A stretch of 64,000 nucleotides of DNA, taken from positions 276 through 64,275 of the forward strand of contig CAZWEO010000004.1 of NCBI GenBank assembly GCA_964633115.1, written 5' to 3'. This DNA is from an uncultured Desulfobacterales bacterium. GTDB lineage: Bacteria > Desulfobacterota > Desulfobacteria > Desulfobacterales > B30-G6. Position numbers and translations under genes: made by a program. The notes below the pieces were generated by a model. It was not told where the DNA came from, did no database searches, and saw nothing but the letters and a program-made list of their open reading frames with translations. Below, in pieces: positions 29,321-39,606 of the stretch (within the stretch, counting starts at the first letter, position 1; each line of letters opens with the position of its first letter).

Positions 29321-29950
29321 CTATTTTTTCAGCCCTCTGCAAAAAAGCTCAAAAGCAGTGGCGAGCGTTGACTTTAAATGATCTTTATCCGCGTCGATCA
29401 CTTTCTTGCTAGCCTCCCATAAAATAACGCCCGAAAATAGTGACCAGAAGATATCGGCCAGTGCAATGGGGTGGCGTTCAATAAAATATCCCTGTTCGAT
29501 CCCATCCTTAAATATGCTGGCCATATGACCCAGCGCCTTTTTCGATAATGTATTGATTTCCTGCAATAGCGCTGGAGAAAGGTTTCGCAATGTCTCACTG
29601 GATTGCAGATGAAACATATTAATAATCACCATGGGATCAAACTCGTAGACCTCATACATGGCGGCAATGAGTTTATCGAGTTTTTCTGGTGGGCTCGTCT
29701 TATCTGCTTCAATTACCTGGGCCACACGAATATTCAGAAACTGTAGAATCCTAAGTGACAGTGAGGCATAAAGCTCTTCTTTGTTCTTAAAATATAAATA
29801 GAGGGTACCCGGACTCAGCTCGGATTCCTTGGCGATATCCTCCATCGTGGTCTTGCTCAGACCTTTTTTGGTAAAAACACGTTTGGCGGCAACAATGATC
29901 TGCTGCCGTCGTCGCTCCTTTTCACGTTCTTTTCTTTCCTGTATGCCCAT
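29321..29950 (-). CDS. TetR/AcrR-family transcriptional regulator
   Basis: The N-terminal HTH AAKRVFTKKGLSKTTMEDIAKESELSPGTLYLYFKNKEEL is typical of TetR_N. Confidence 0.85.
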   Translation of the reverse strand: MGIQERKEREKERRRQQIIVAAKRVFTKKGLSKTTMEDIAKESELSPGTLYLYFKNKEELYASLSLRILQFLNIRVAQVIEADKTSPPEKLDKLIAAMYEVYEFDPMVIINMFHLQSSETLRNLSPALLQEINTLSKKALGHMASIFKDGIEQGYFIERHPIALADIFWSLFSGVILWEASKKVIDADKDHLKSTLATAFELFCRGLKK

Positions 29951-30074
29951 CTGATTAACAATATCCCTTAAGCAATATGAATTGCGTTATGCTCGCATTC
30001 TAGCTAAATTGCGATGTAATATCCTTTAATCTCTTAGAAACTTTGCATGTTGCGCCATGCCGCCTCTGGCGGCG

Positions 30075-31211
30075 CTAATCCATCTCTTTGAATATATCCC
30101 CTTTAGACTTAGATTGTTTGAAATCGGTCATTTTGTCGCGCATCTCATCCATGAGATCTTCCATGTCTTCCATAGATATTTTCATGCCCTCTTCGGCCAT
30201 GGCGTCGAATTCAGCGTAAATCGATTCGATGTTATCCAATTGATTCAGAATAAATTCACGTCCTTTAAACCGTTTGGAGATTTCCGGGTGTTTTGCCAGA
30301 TCGCCATAATGTGAAAACAGGCCAAAATGACACTCCAGCCGGCGGCTATAATAAGCAATTTTTTTGTTCAATGCTTTCTGCTCTGAACTGATTTTCTCGA
30401 TTTCAATCAAATAAGTTTCATAAGCCTCGCTATCGCCCGCGTCCTGGGCAGCAGCGGCCTGTTGTTTGAGTTGCTCTTTTGCCGCCGCCAAGTCTGCGGC
30501 CCGGTCTACCAGATTCTTTAAATGATCCCTTCGTCGGTAGATCTCATCACTAACGTAACCGCCATATTTCTCACCATCCCCCAATAGCTTCTCCCGCGAT
30601 CTTTGTTGGTCCTGTTCCCAATCCGGATCAAAATCAGTTGTGACCCGAATTTCTTTTTGATCAAAGGAAACCTGGGTTCCCTGATTAGCAGCCAGCGTTT
30701 GGCTGGTAGCTTCGCTATCCACCTCGACCTCGCCGCTGACCACCTGCACCAGCATGGTGCCATCTTCGTAGGCAGCGATTTCAAAATCGGTTCCACGCAC
30801 GCCGCACACAGCGGTTGGTGTTTGAACTTCAAAGACTTTTTTACGAAGTGCTTTTTTACTAACCTTGTTCCATAATCTGCCAAAAAACAACAGGACAGAG
30901 TTCTTCTTCTCAACGGGTGATATACGGGTGTTCAGTACAACCTTGCTATTGGCTCGAATACGCATAATGCTGTCGTCTACCAGACTGATAACAGCCTCGG
31001 AATCTTCTCCGGTTTGGATCATATCCCCAAAGAATATTTCCGTATGTTTGCGGGCCTTCAACCAGGTGGTTTGTTTGGCCCGCTGAATTTCTACGCTACC
31101 CAGCATCGACGCGACCTCTCCCATGGCAGCCTCTTGTGCATGGGTGAAGTAAGCGGGACTCAAACAAAAGATCCCCACAAGCAGAGCAAGAATTAAGGTT
31201 TTAATTTTCAT
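30075..31211 (-). CDS. FecR-domain protein with a coiled-coil C-terminal half (exported)
   Basis: Signal peptide, then MGEVASMLGSVEIQRAKQTTWLKARKHTEIFFGDMIQTGEDSEAVISL, which is the FecR-domain pattern. Confidence 0.65.
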   Translation of the reverse strand: MKIKTLILALLVGIFCLSPAYFTHAQEAAMGEVASMLGSVEIQRAKQTTWLKARKHTEIFFGDMIQTGEDSEAVISLVDDSIMRIRANSKVVLNTRISPVEKKNSVLLFFGRLWNKVSKKALRKKVFEVQTPTAVCGVRGTDFEIAAYEDGTMLVQVVSGEVEVDSEATSQTLAANQGTQVSFDQKEIRVTTDFDPDWEQDQQRSREKLLGDGEKYGGYVSDEIYRRRDHLKNLVDRAADLAAAKEQLKQQAAAAQDAGDSEAYETYLIEIEKISSEQKALNKKIAYYSRRLECHFGLFSHYGDLAKHPEISKRFKGREFILNQLDNIESIYAEFDAMAEEGMKISMEDMEDLMDEMRDKMTDFKQSKSKGDIFKEMD

Positions 31212-31366
31212 TGCTGGACTCCTGTTGATTGGGTGGGTGCACCCTTAAAAATGATAAATCCGTATAAGTAGATGGCAGATTTATAAAATGCTCAGATTCA
31301 ACTGGAAATTCATAGATAGCCGGTTTTGCAAAAAGCTCAAATTCATGGCTACATCAACGCGATCTC

Positions 31367-33379
31367 TTAACCCATAAATACCGAGATTAAACCGCCTCTG
31401 GCATTGACTTGTTGAATTTTGACGCTCACCAAATCTTCAGGTTTTAAATCAATACCCTTGGAAAAGGGCAAACCGCATTCCAACATATATTCGCTGAGTA
31501 GAATTATATAGGCATTCCGCTTTCGTCCCAGGACGATGGCCTCTGTCCGCTCACCAACCTTCTGCTGTAGATATTTTAACAACCAGTAGCGATTGCGATT
31601 GTACTGGATTTGAGACACCGCGCTCATACGTTTTTCCAGTGCCGTGATCAGATGATCAATTTCCTCTTTTGAGTATGGTTTGTCAAGCCCCAGAACAGCA
31701 CGGATCTGCCGTTGCGTTACCAGATCAAAATATTTTCGAATGGGTGATGTCGCAGTTACATATGCTTCTAGACCCAGGCCGGTGTGAAAATTGGCATTGA
31801 AACTCAATGCAAAGCGACTGAGTAATTTTCGCTGGGCCCAGTTTTGATATAATGTACCTTCATGATCCTTGAATATCCGACTGCGGGGCTCTGGCTGTGA
31901 CCTGAATATCGCTGGCATATTGTGATCGCGTAAAAATTTGGCCGTAAGCCAGTTGCACATGATCATCAATTCTGCCACCAGCATGCGGCCCGGACTTTCC
32001 CTGTTGATTTTGCTGACGGTGGGTTCTCCATCTTGATTAATCCAAATATTGATTTCCGGAAGCGTGATTTGTAATGCTCCCTGGGAAAGCCTTTTTTGCC
32101 GGAACTGCTTGGCTATCTCATACAGAATCCGGATTTCTTCGTCATCATCGGCAACGGTGTTTACATCATAGTAGCTTAGCTGCCGTTGGACTGAGACCAG
32201 ACTGGGGACCACCTCGACCTCGCCGATTTCACCATGTTTACTGATCTGCACCAAGGTACTGATGGCAGGACGTAGTTCCCCGGCTTTTAAACTACAAAGG
32301 CCCTCCGCAAGACTGGGCGGTATCATCGGTATCTTCATATCAGGTGTATAGATGGAACTGGCACGCTTGGCCGCCTCCTGATCCACCGAACTGTTATTCT
32401 GAATCAAACTTCCCACGTCTGATATATGGATACCCAGCCGATAATGGTTATTTGATTTTTCAATGCTCAAGGCATCGTCATAATCCAGTGTTGCTTGGCC
32501 GTCTATGGTGATCAGATGCAGATCGGTTAGATTAACACGATGACTATCTCGCGTGGTTTCGGTATTTGCGTAGTAGGCCTGTTTGACCAGATCTTCGGCG
32601 TTTTCCTGAACCCTCTCAATAAAATCCATAGTGACACCCAACCGCAGGAGATCCAGGTTTACATCTTTATCCCATACCCCAAGATCGACAAAAATTGCAA
32701 AAAGTCGGTTGTCATCCACGTTGCTGCCGGCTTCTTTGAGTATTTTTCTCCCCAGGGCATAATGAGGGCTCTCTTTTTGATAAAGATACGTGGATGTTAA
32801 TACCTTCAAAATTTCAATATGTTCGTTTTCGGTAAGCTCAGAGTGGAAAACCGTATCTGGGTTTAGAAGGTGTTTAATCCAACGTGCACCAAGATCCGCA
32901 AGGTGCTTTAAGCGCATAGTTTCTTTATGGCGGTTATCCAGCGCAACTACTTTTTCTTCGGAATGGGGGAAAAACCGGTTACCGCTGAATTGAAAATAGT
33001 GCCGGTTATTAAAAAAGGCGCGCATGACGGCAGACTCATGATCCGGTGTCGCACTATTGGGGAAACAGAATGCCGTCATGGTTTCAAGATCGATCCATTC
33101 CTGTTCGCTGTTTAATACTTCCCATAATTCTTTAACATCCACATGATCGATGAGCGCTCTACGCTGATTGGAAATCTCCTTCAAGGTGTCAACTAGTTTC
33201 TCCCGGCTCATGGACAAATCGAGATGACGGCCGCTTCGGTGGGATAGTCTGTCAGCTGAAAGTTTAACTTCACGATTACCCTCGGTCAAGAGCCGTAACC
33301 TCAGTTTTTTTATCTCTAAAATGACCGCACAAACCATTTTTTGACGGTCGATAAATTCGACCACATTTCCTAAGTCCAT
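31367..33379 (-). CDS. RNase II/R-family 3'-5' exoribonuclease (RNB domain)
   Basis: RNB motifs TIDGQATLDYDDALS and IYTPDMKIPMIP, with a C-terminal S1-like end. The ATG at 33379 is preferred over the TTG at 33397. Confidence 0.85.
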   Translation of the reverse strand: MDLGNVVEFIDRQKMVCAVILEIKKLRLRLLTEGNREVKLSADRLSHRSGRHLDLSMSREKLVDTLKEISNQRRALIDHVDVKELWEVLNSEQEWIDLETMTAFCFPNSATPDHESAVMRAFFNNRHYFQFSGNRFFPHSEEKVVALDNRHKETMRLKHLADLGARWIKHLLNPDTVFHSELTENEHIEILKVLTSTYLYQKESPHYALGRKILKEAGSNVDDNRLFAIFVDLGVWDKDVNLDLLRLGVTMDFIERVQENAEDLVKQAYYANTETTRDSHRVNLTDLHLITIDGQATLDYDDALSIEKSNNHYRLGIHISDVGSLIQNNSSVDQEAAKRASSIYTPDMKIPMIPPSLAEGLCSLKAGELRPAISTLVQISKHGEIGEVEVVPSLVSVQRQLSYYDVNTVADDDEEIRILYEIAKQFRQKRLSQGALQITLPEINIWINQDGEPTVSKINRESPGRMLVAELMIMCNWLTAKFLRDHNMPAIFRSQPEPRSRIFKDHEGTLYQNWAQRKLLSRFALSFNANFHTGLGLEAYVTATSPIRKYFDLVTQRQIRAVLGLDKPYSKEEIDHLITALEKRMSAVSQIQYNRNRYWLLKYLQQKVGERTEAIVLGRKRNAYIILLSEYMLECGLPFSKGIDLKPEDLVSVKIQQVNARGGLISVFMG

Positions 33380-33652
33380 AAAGACGCACTTTAACAAGTG
33401 GCCGCATGAAAGTCAATATCTTCAAGTGGTTGATCAAGTTTATTTCACAGCTTAGAAACAACAGTATGAGCCTATTATTTAAACATTTTCATGACAATTC
33501 ATAATTTATGCTAATATTCTGATTAAATTTGTGACAGGCTTGTCAGCGTGTCCGCATGACAACCCTGTTTTTCATTAACGCAACTTTGGTCTTTGATTAC
33601 AGGGTTCCTTGATAGCCTAAACTTGCGCTAAGAATGTATCACGGTTTTCCAT

Positions 33653-35389
33653 ATGACTCCTTTACAATTGATCAAACCTTATTTTATCGAAAATCGGTGG
33701 ATCATTCTGATCGGTTTTGCGTGCCTGATTCTGGTAGACATATTGCAGCTACTTGTTCCACGCGTTATCAAATGGGCAATTGACGACCTGACAACATTTG
33801 CAATCGACGCTAGCGGTTTAATTCGCTATGCCCTCATCATACTCGCTATTGGTTTGGGTATTGGGTTGTTTCGTTACCTATGGCGGCGATGTCTGCTAGG
33901 GACATCCCGTCGTGTGGAAGAAGGTCTTCGCAACAAGTTGTTTAGCCATATTGAAAAACTTTCCAGTGCTTATTTCGATAAAACCCAAACTGGCGACCTC
34001 ATGGCCAGAGCCACCAATGATATCCAACAGGTTCGCATGGCCACTGGCATGGGGATGGTGGCCCTCAATGATGCCATTGTCCTTGGGGCAGCATCCATTG
34101 GATTCATGGCCTATATCGATCTGCATCTCACTGCCTTTGTCCTAATTCCCATGCCTTTTATCGTTTTGGGTACACGCCTCCTCGGTCGGCAAATGCACCG
34201 GCGCTACCGGGATGTTCAAGGATCATTTGCAGATCTGACTGAAGGTGTGCGCGAGCGTTTGGCCGGAATTCGGATTGTAAAAGCTTACGGTACGGAATCA
34301 ATCGAAAAGCAACAAATTGAGCACAAGTCTGGCGATTATGTCCGCCAAAACCTACGACTGGTGACCATTACAGGTACATTTTTTCCGTTGATGCTTCTGT
34401 TTTCTAATCTCAGCTTGGCAATCGTGATATACCTGGGTGGTCGTCAGGCGATTTTACAGGAAATCACTCCGGGAGATTTTGTAGCTTTTATCAGTTACCT
34501 CGGTCTTCTAACCTGGCCCATGATGGCCATGGGATGGGTAACGAACCTGGTCCAGCGCGGTCGAGCATCTCTGGACCGAATCCATGCTGTTTTGGAGACG
34601 ATCCCCGATATCAAGGATGTCCCCAATGCTGTCCCCATCAGACGTCAGGCCGGTCATTTGCAATTTGATGGCGTGGGTCTCTCCTTTAATGCCAATACTG
34701 CCCCGATTCTCTCAGAAATTCATTTCGAACTAAAACCAGGAGAATCGTTGGGCATTTTGGGGCCGCCTGGAAGTGGCAAAACCACCCTTTTTAATCTGAT
34801 TCTCAGATTCTATGATGCAACTCAGGGCCGGATCCTGTTAGACAACATAGCGCTGCCTCGCATTCGAATTGAGGATTTGAGGTCCCAGATTGCCTATGTG
34901 CCCCAAGAACCATTCATGTTCGCAGGCACCATCATGGAAAATCTGACCTTGGGTGAGAACCGATACAGCCAAAAGTCTATCGAGCAGGCCGCACGCATGG
35001 CATCTGTTTACGATACCATCCAATCATTTCCACTCGGCTTTGATACCGTAGTGGGTGAACGCGGAATCATTCTCTCTGGGGGTCAGAAACAGCGCTTGGC
35101 TTTAGCCCGCGCACTGTTAGTCGATCGACCGATTTTACTATTGGATGATCCCATCAGCCAGGTCGACACCAATACCGGCAACCAAATCATAGACAATATC
35201 CGCCAATTGACAGATCGGCGCAGCATTATGATCATCTCACATCGTATATCCGCCATCCGCTTCACCGACCAGATGCTGTCACTCAACCAGGGTCGAGCCA
35301 TCGAGTATGGAAATCATAACGAATTGATGGCCAACAACAAATACTATGCTCGAACCCTTCGTCTCCAAGAGGTCCACCATGCGGCATGA
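33653..35389 (+). CDS. ABC exporter, fused permease/ATPase (MdlA/MsbA-like half transporter)
   Basis: Six-TM domain, then Walker A GPPGSGKTT, signature LSGGQKQR and Walker B ILLLDD. Confidence 0.9.
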   Translation: MTPLQLIKPYFIENRWIILIGFACLILVDILQLLVPRVIKWAIDDLTTFAIDASGLIRYALIILAIGLGIGLFRYLWRRCLLGTSRRVEEGLRNKLFSHIEKLSSAYFDKTQTGDLMARATNDIQQVRMATGMGMVALNDAIVLGAASIGFMAYIDLHLTAFVLIPMPFIVLGTRLLGRQMHRRYRDVQGSFADLTEGVRERLAGIRIVKAYGTESIEKQQIEHKSGDYVRQNLRLVTITGTFFPLMLLFSNLSLAIVIYLGGRQAILQEITPGDFVAFISYLGLLTWPMMAMGWVTNLVQRGRASLDRIHAVLETIPDIKDVPNAVPIRRQAGHLQFDGVGLSFNANTAPILSEIHFELKPGESLGILGPPGSGKTTLFNLILRFYDATQGRILLDNIALPRIRIEDLRSQIAYVPQEPFMFAGTIMENLTLGENRYSQKSIEQAARMASVYDTIQSFPLGFDTVVGERGIILSGGQKQRLALARALLVDRPILLLDDPISQVDTNTGNQIIDNIRQLTDRRSIMIISHRISAIRFTDQMLSLNQGRAIEYGNHNELMANNKYYARTLRLQEVHHAA

Positions 35390-37403
35390 TTCTGGATTTT
35401 TCGAGGAACAACAGCTGGGTAAGTCCTATGACCTAAAGCTTCTGAAAAGACTGCTTCCTTTTTTAAAACCGCACCGATGGATGATTTCTGTATCCATCGT
35501 TCTGGTTATGTTTATCACGCTGCTGGATTTGGCCATTCCCTATGTCACTAAAATTGCCATTGATCAGTACATTGTGCCTAAAATGGAAGCGGCTTTCAAG
35601 CCAGACAGCAAGGATGCGTCGGATAAGACCCTTTCCCGCTATTTAAAAATCGAGCCGGATACGGCTGAAGTCCAAACAGTAATCAATCGCCATCGCAACC
35701 AATTCAGACGATCGGGTCAATTTTATCTAATATCCTACCAACAACTTTCCCGGCTCCAGACCGAAGAAATCGCAATCTTGCGAAAAAACCATTTGACCGG
35801 TATTACACGCGTTACTGTCGCCTTCCTGCTAATCATTGTGCTGAACTTTGGTTTTAATTTTTTTCAGAAAATCGTCATGGAATACACCGGTCACCGTATG
35901 ATGAACGACCTCCGGCTAGCCCTTTTTGATCATATTCAACACCTGAACATGCCCTTTTTCACCCAAAACCCGGTAGGCCGTTTGGTAACTCGGGTCACCA
36001 ACGACATTCAGAATATGCATGAACTTTTCACCTCGGTTATTTCCTTGGTATTCAAGGATTTTTTTCTGCTGATTGGCATTGCCGTGGTACTGATTGTAAT
36101 GAATTGGAAACTGGCCCTGTTTTCGTTTATAGTCATGCCGCTGGTGGGGTATACCAGTTTTGCTTTTTCAAGCCACATTCGGGATGCCTTCAGGGTACTG
36201 CGAATCAAAGTTGCTGAAATTAATACCAAGTTTGCTGAAATGATTGACGGCATTGGTGTAATCCAATCCTTTTGCAAAGAAAAGATAACAGCCCAGCACT
36301 TTGCGAAACTCAATCATGAAAATTATTTAGCCGGTATGCGCCAAATTCATGTATTGGCCGTGTTCATGCCATTGATAGAAGTGTTCGGTGTTGTCACTGT
36401 TGCCGTGATCATCTTTTATGGTGGTCAAAGTGTTCTGAATGAAGCCATCAGCCTCGGTGTCCTGGTGGCCTTTATATCCTACATGCGTATGTTCTTCAGA
36501 CCGATCCGGGATCTGGCTGAAAAATATAATATTCTTCAAAACGCCCTGGCATCGGCCGAAAGAATCTTTCTGATTTTAGATACACCCAACGCGATTGATG
36601 CTCAAATAAACACCGATGATGTGAAAACGAAGACCCTGTCCGTACCCCAAGCCCTGCCAAAAATTGAAACCATTGCCCTGGATCGAGTATCCTTTGGATA
36701 TCTCCCGTCTGAAACAGTTTTGACGGATATTTCTCTTAAAATTCAGGCCGGCGAAAGTGTGGCTATTATTGGTCCCACCGGCTCGGGTAAAACTTCCATT
36801 GCCAACCTGATTATGCGCTTCTACAGTCCGGTTTCAGGCGGGATTTTTCTAAATAATCAGGATATTAAAAACCTAAGTGTCGCCGATTACCGTGCCAAAA
36901 TGGCATTTGTATCCCAGGAGCCCTATTTATTTTCAGACACTATCCGTGCCAATATCTGGCGGGATCAAGCCAATCCCAGCGAAGCCGATGTGGCTCGGAT
37001 TATAGCGGCTGCCAATTGCCAGGGGGTGGTTGCAAAACAAGTCCACGGATTGGACACCATCCTCTCCCGTGGCGGGGCCTCTCTTTCCAGTGGCGAGCGC
37101 CAACTGATATCGATTGCCCGGGCATTTGCACGCGATCCCGAACTGATCATTCTAGACGAAGCCACTTCCTACATTGATTCCTTAACCGAAGATGCCATCC
37201 AAGACGCCCTTTCCAAACTCATGATCGGCAGAACCGCCTTGGTAATTGCCCATAGACTTTCCACCGTCCGCCAGGCCGATACCATCGCCGTCCTTGATAA
37301 AGGCCGTATCCTGGAAATCGGCAATCATGATGTACTCATGCGAAAGCAGGGATTCTATTTCCGCATGAATCATCTGCAGCACTGCGTTGGCGAAACCTGC
37401 TGA
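35379..37403 (+). CDS. ABC exporter, fused permease/ATPase (partner half transporter)
   Basis: GPTGSGKTS, LSSGERQL and LIILDEATS. The ATG at 35379 (MRHDSGFFEE) overlaps the upstream gene end by 11 nt. Confidence 0.9.
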   Translation: MRHDSGFFEEQQLGKSYDLKLLKRLLPFLKPHRWMISVSIVLVMFITLLDLAIPYVTKIAIDQYIVPKMEAAFKPDSKDASDKTLSRYLKIEPDTAEVQTVINRHRNQFRRSGQFYLISYQQLSRLQTEEIAILRKNHLTGITRVTVAFLLIIVLNFGFNFFQKIVMEYTGHRMMNDLRLALFDHIQHLNMPFFTQNPVGRLVTRVTNDIQNMHELFTSVISLVFKDFFLLIGIAVVLIVMNWKLALFSFIVMPLVGYTSFAFSSHIRDAFRVLRIKVAEINTKFAEMIDGIGVIQSFCKEKITAQHFAKLNHENYLAGMRQIHVLAVFMPLIEVFGVVTVAVIIFYGGQSVLNEAISLGVLVAFISYMRMFFRPIRDLAEKYNILQNALASAERIFLILDTPNAIDAQINTDDVKTKTLSVPQALPKIETIALDRVSFGYLPSETVLTDISLKIQAGESVAIIGPTGSGKTSIANLIMRFYSPVSGGIFLNNQDIKNLSVADYRAKMAFVSQEPYLFSDTIRANIWRDQANPSEADVARIIAAANCQGVVAKQVHGLDTILSRGGASLSSGERQLISIARAFARDPELIILDEATSYIDSLTEDAIQDALSKLMIGRTALVIAHRLSTVRQADTIAVLDKGRILEIGNHDVLMRKQGFYFRMNHLQHCVGETC

Positions 37404-37598
37404 TGGGACTCCCTATTTAATCAATTGGGGTGGACTTAGCGCTTGCCAAATCAATCTTCACATGATAGCTGGTTGGGGTCATCAATTTGACGCCTTTTTC
37501 CCCATTTCACCAATTCTAAAAGGCAAAAAACTAAGGACATATGAACGCTCGCATAAGAGCATCCCTGAGAACTCTATAAACGTAAGGAGGTTGGAACT

Positions 37599-39362
37599 AT
37601 GGCATACAACGCAGTAGAAATGGCTGACTGGCAGATTTCGGAAGCAGCGGAAAAAAACATGCCGACACCGGATGAATGGGCCGAAAAACTGGGCCTGGCC
37701 CCGGGGGAAGTGCTTCCCATGGGCCGGCTGGCCAAACTGGACTTTCTCAAGATCATCGATCGCCTTAAAGACAAACCCGACGGTAAGTACATTGAAGTCA
37801 CCGCCATAACCCCGACCCCGCTGGGTGAAGGCAAATCCACCACCTCCTGCGGCCTGATGGAAGGTCTGGGTATGCGTGGCAAGAATGTGGGCGGCGCTCT
37901 GCGTCAGCCCTCCGGCGGTCCCACCATGAACGTCAAGGGTACCGCGGCCGGCGGCGGCAACTCCCTGCTGATCCCCATGACCGAGTTTTCTTTGGGACTC
38001 ACCGGCGACATCAACGACATCATGAATGCCCACAACCTGGCCATGGTGGCCTTGACCTCGCGCATGCAACACGAGCGCAACTACAATGACGAGCAGCTGG
38101 CACGCCTGACCGGCATGGCGCGTCTGAACATCGATCCCACCCGCATCGAAATGGGCTGGATCATCGACTTCTGCGCCCAGGCCTTGCGGAACATCATCAT
38201 CGGTATCGGCGGCCGTTTCGACGGCTTCACCATGCAGTCCAAGTTCGGTATCGCGGTGGGCTCCGAGTGTATGGCCATACTGTCGGTTATCCGCGATCTG
38301 GCCGATCTGAAAGAGCGCCTCAACAACATCACCGTGGCCTTTGATAAGAGCGGCAACCCGGTAACCACCGGCGATCTTGAAGTTGGCAATGCCATGACGG
38401 CCTTCATGCGCAACACCATCAACCCGACCATGATGTGCACCGCCGAGTACAACCCCTGCCTGGTGCACGCCGGCCCGTTCGCCAACATCGCTGTGGGCCA
38501 GAGCTCCATCATCGCCGACCGCGTCGGCCTGAAGCTCTTCGACTACCATGTCACCGAGTCAGGATTCGGCGCCGACATCGGCTTTGAAAAATTCTGGAAT
38601 GTTAAATCCCGTTTCAGTGGCTTGAAACCGCATGTATCGGTTCTGACCACCACCATCCGCGCCCTGAAGATGCACGGTGGCGGCCCCACAGTCGTGACCG
38701 GCAAAGCCCTGCCGGACGATTACACCAAGGAAAACCTGGAGTGGGTCGAAAAGGGCTGCGAGAATATGGTGCATCACATCAACACCATCCGCAAAGCCGG
38801 TATCAACCCGGTGGTATGCATCAACCGCTTCTACTCTGACACCGATGCCGAGTGCGCCGTCATACGCAAGATCGCCGAGGCCGCCGGTGCCCGTTGCGCC
38901 GAGTCCAAACACTGGGAAAAGGGTGGCGAGGGCGCTCTGGAATTCGCCGATGCGGTCGTCGATGCCTGTGAAGAAGAGAACGATTTCAAATTCCTGTATC
39001 CGCTGGAAATGAAGCTGCGCGACCGGGTAGACCTCATCGCCAAGGAAGTTTACGGCGCCGACGGCGTGGATTGGGCTCCCGAAGCCAACGCCAAGGCCGC
39101 AATGCTGGAAAACGATCCCAAGTACGCCGACTTCGCCACCATGATGGTCAAGACGCATGAGAGCCTCAGCGCCGATAAGACCATCAAAGGGGCGCCCAAG
39201 GGCTGGACACTGCCCATCCGCGACGTGCTGATCTACTCTGGTGCCAAGTTCCTCTGCCCCTGCGCAGGTGTCATCAGCCTGATGCCGGGTACCGGCTCCA
39301 ACCCAGCCTACCGCCGCGTGGATGTGGAAACAGATACCGGCAAGGTCACCGGATTGTTCTAA
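37599..39362 (+). CDS. fhs: Formate--tetrahydrofolate ligase
   Basis: 587 aa. [13 protein letters not shown] and the full-length FTHFS pattern are present. AGGAGG RBS upstream. It is markedly more G+C-rich than the flanking genes. Confidence 0.95.
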   Translation: MAYNAVEMADWQISEAAEKNMPTPDEWAEKLGLAPGEVLPMGRLAKLDFLKIIDRLKDKPDGKYIEVTAITPTPLGEGKSTTSCGLMEGLGMRGKNVGGALRQPSGGPTMNVKGTAAGGGNSLLIPMTEFSLGLTGDINDIMNAHNLAMVALTSRMQHERNYNDEQLARLTGMARLNIDPTRIEMGWIIDFCAQALRNIIIGIGGRFDGFTMQSKFGIAVGSECMAILSVIRDLADLKERLNNITVAFDKSGNPVTTGDLEVGNAMTAFMRNTINPTMMCTAEYNPCLVHAGPFANIAVGQSSIIADRVGLKLFDYHVTESGFGADIGFEKFWNVKSRFSGLKPHVSVLTTTIRALKMHGGGPTVVTGKALPDDYTKENLEWVEKGCENMVHHINTIRKAGINPVVCINRFYSDTDAECAVIRKIAEAAGARCAESKHWEKGGEGALEFADAVVDACEEENDFKFLYPLEMKLRDRVDLIAKEVYGADGVDWAPEANAKAAMLENDPKYADFATMMVKTHESLSADKTIKGAPKGWTLPIRDVLIYSGAKFLCPCAGVISLMPGTGSNPAYRRVDVETDTGKVTGLF

Positions 39363-39390
39363 AACCGGTTTTTGTTGGTTGTATAATCAT

Positions 39391-39424
39391 AGGGTCCGGA
39401 ATTTTCCGGACCCTATTTTCTTTT
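39391..39424 (+). terminator. Intrinsic terminator after fhs
   Basis: AGGGTCCGG aatttt CCGGACCCT, followed by ATTTTCTTTT. Confidence 0.8.
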
Positions 39425-39606
39425 AATAATGATGAATGGTCTCCTAAAGAGGACGTGAATCGTATGGCAAAGTAAAATGTTCAAGTTCAAGGCGTCGCAA
39501 ATTCCGTAGCTAGGCGTACATAAAGTACGTTGGTATAACAGCGGAATGAAGCGCAACGCAGAAATTGGATATTTTAGGAAGTCATTGCCTTTGTATAAAT
39601 ACCACT

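Noticed and set aside
37404-37598. Possible THF or other riboswitch in the fhs leader
   Set aside because: I could not find conserved riboswitch core sequences or a convincing multi-stem fold by eye. A covariance-model scan is needed before any claim.
37482-39158. Long antisense ORFs (355 aa, 143 aa, 199 aa) opposite fhs
   Set aside because: Their composition is Gly/Ala/His/Val-rich low complexity with no recognisable motifs. They lie exactly opposite a confidently identified, G+C-rich fhs. This is the typical stop-codon-poor antisense artefact of high-GC coding DNA.
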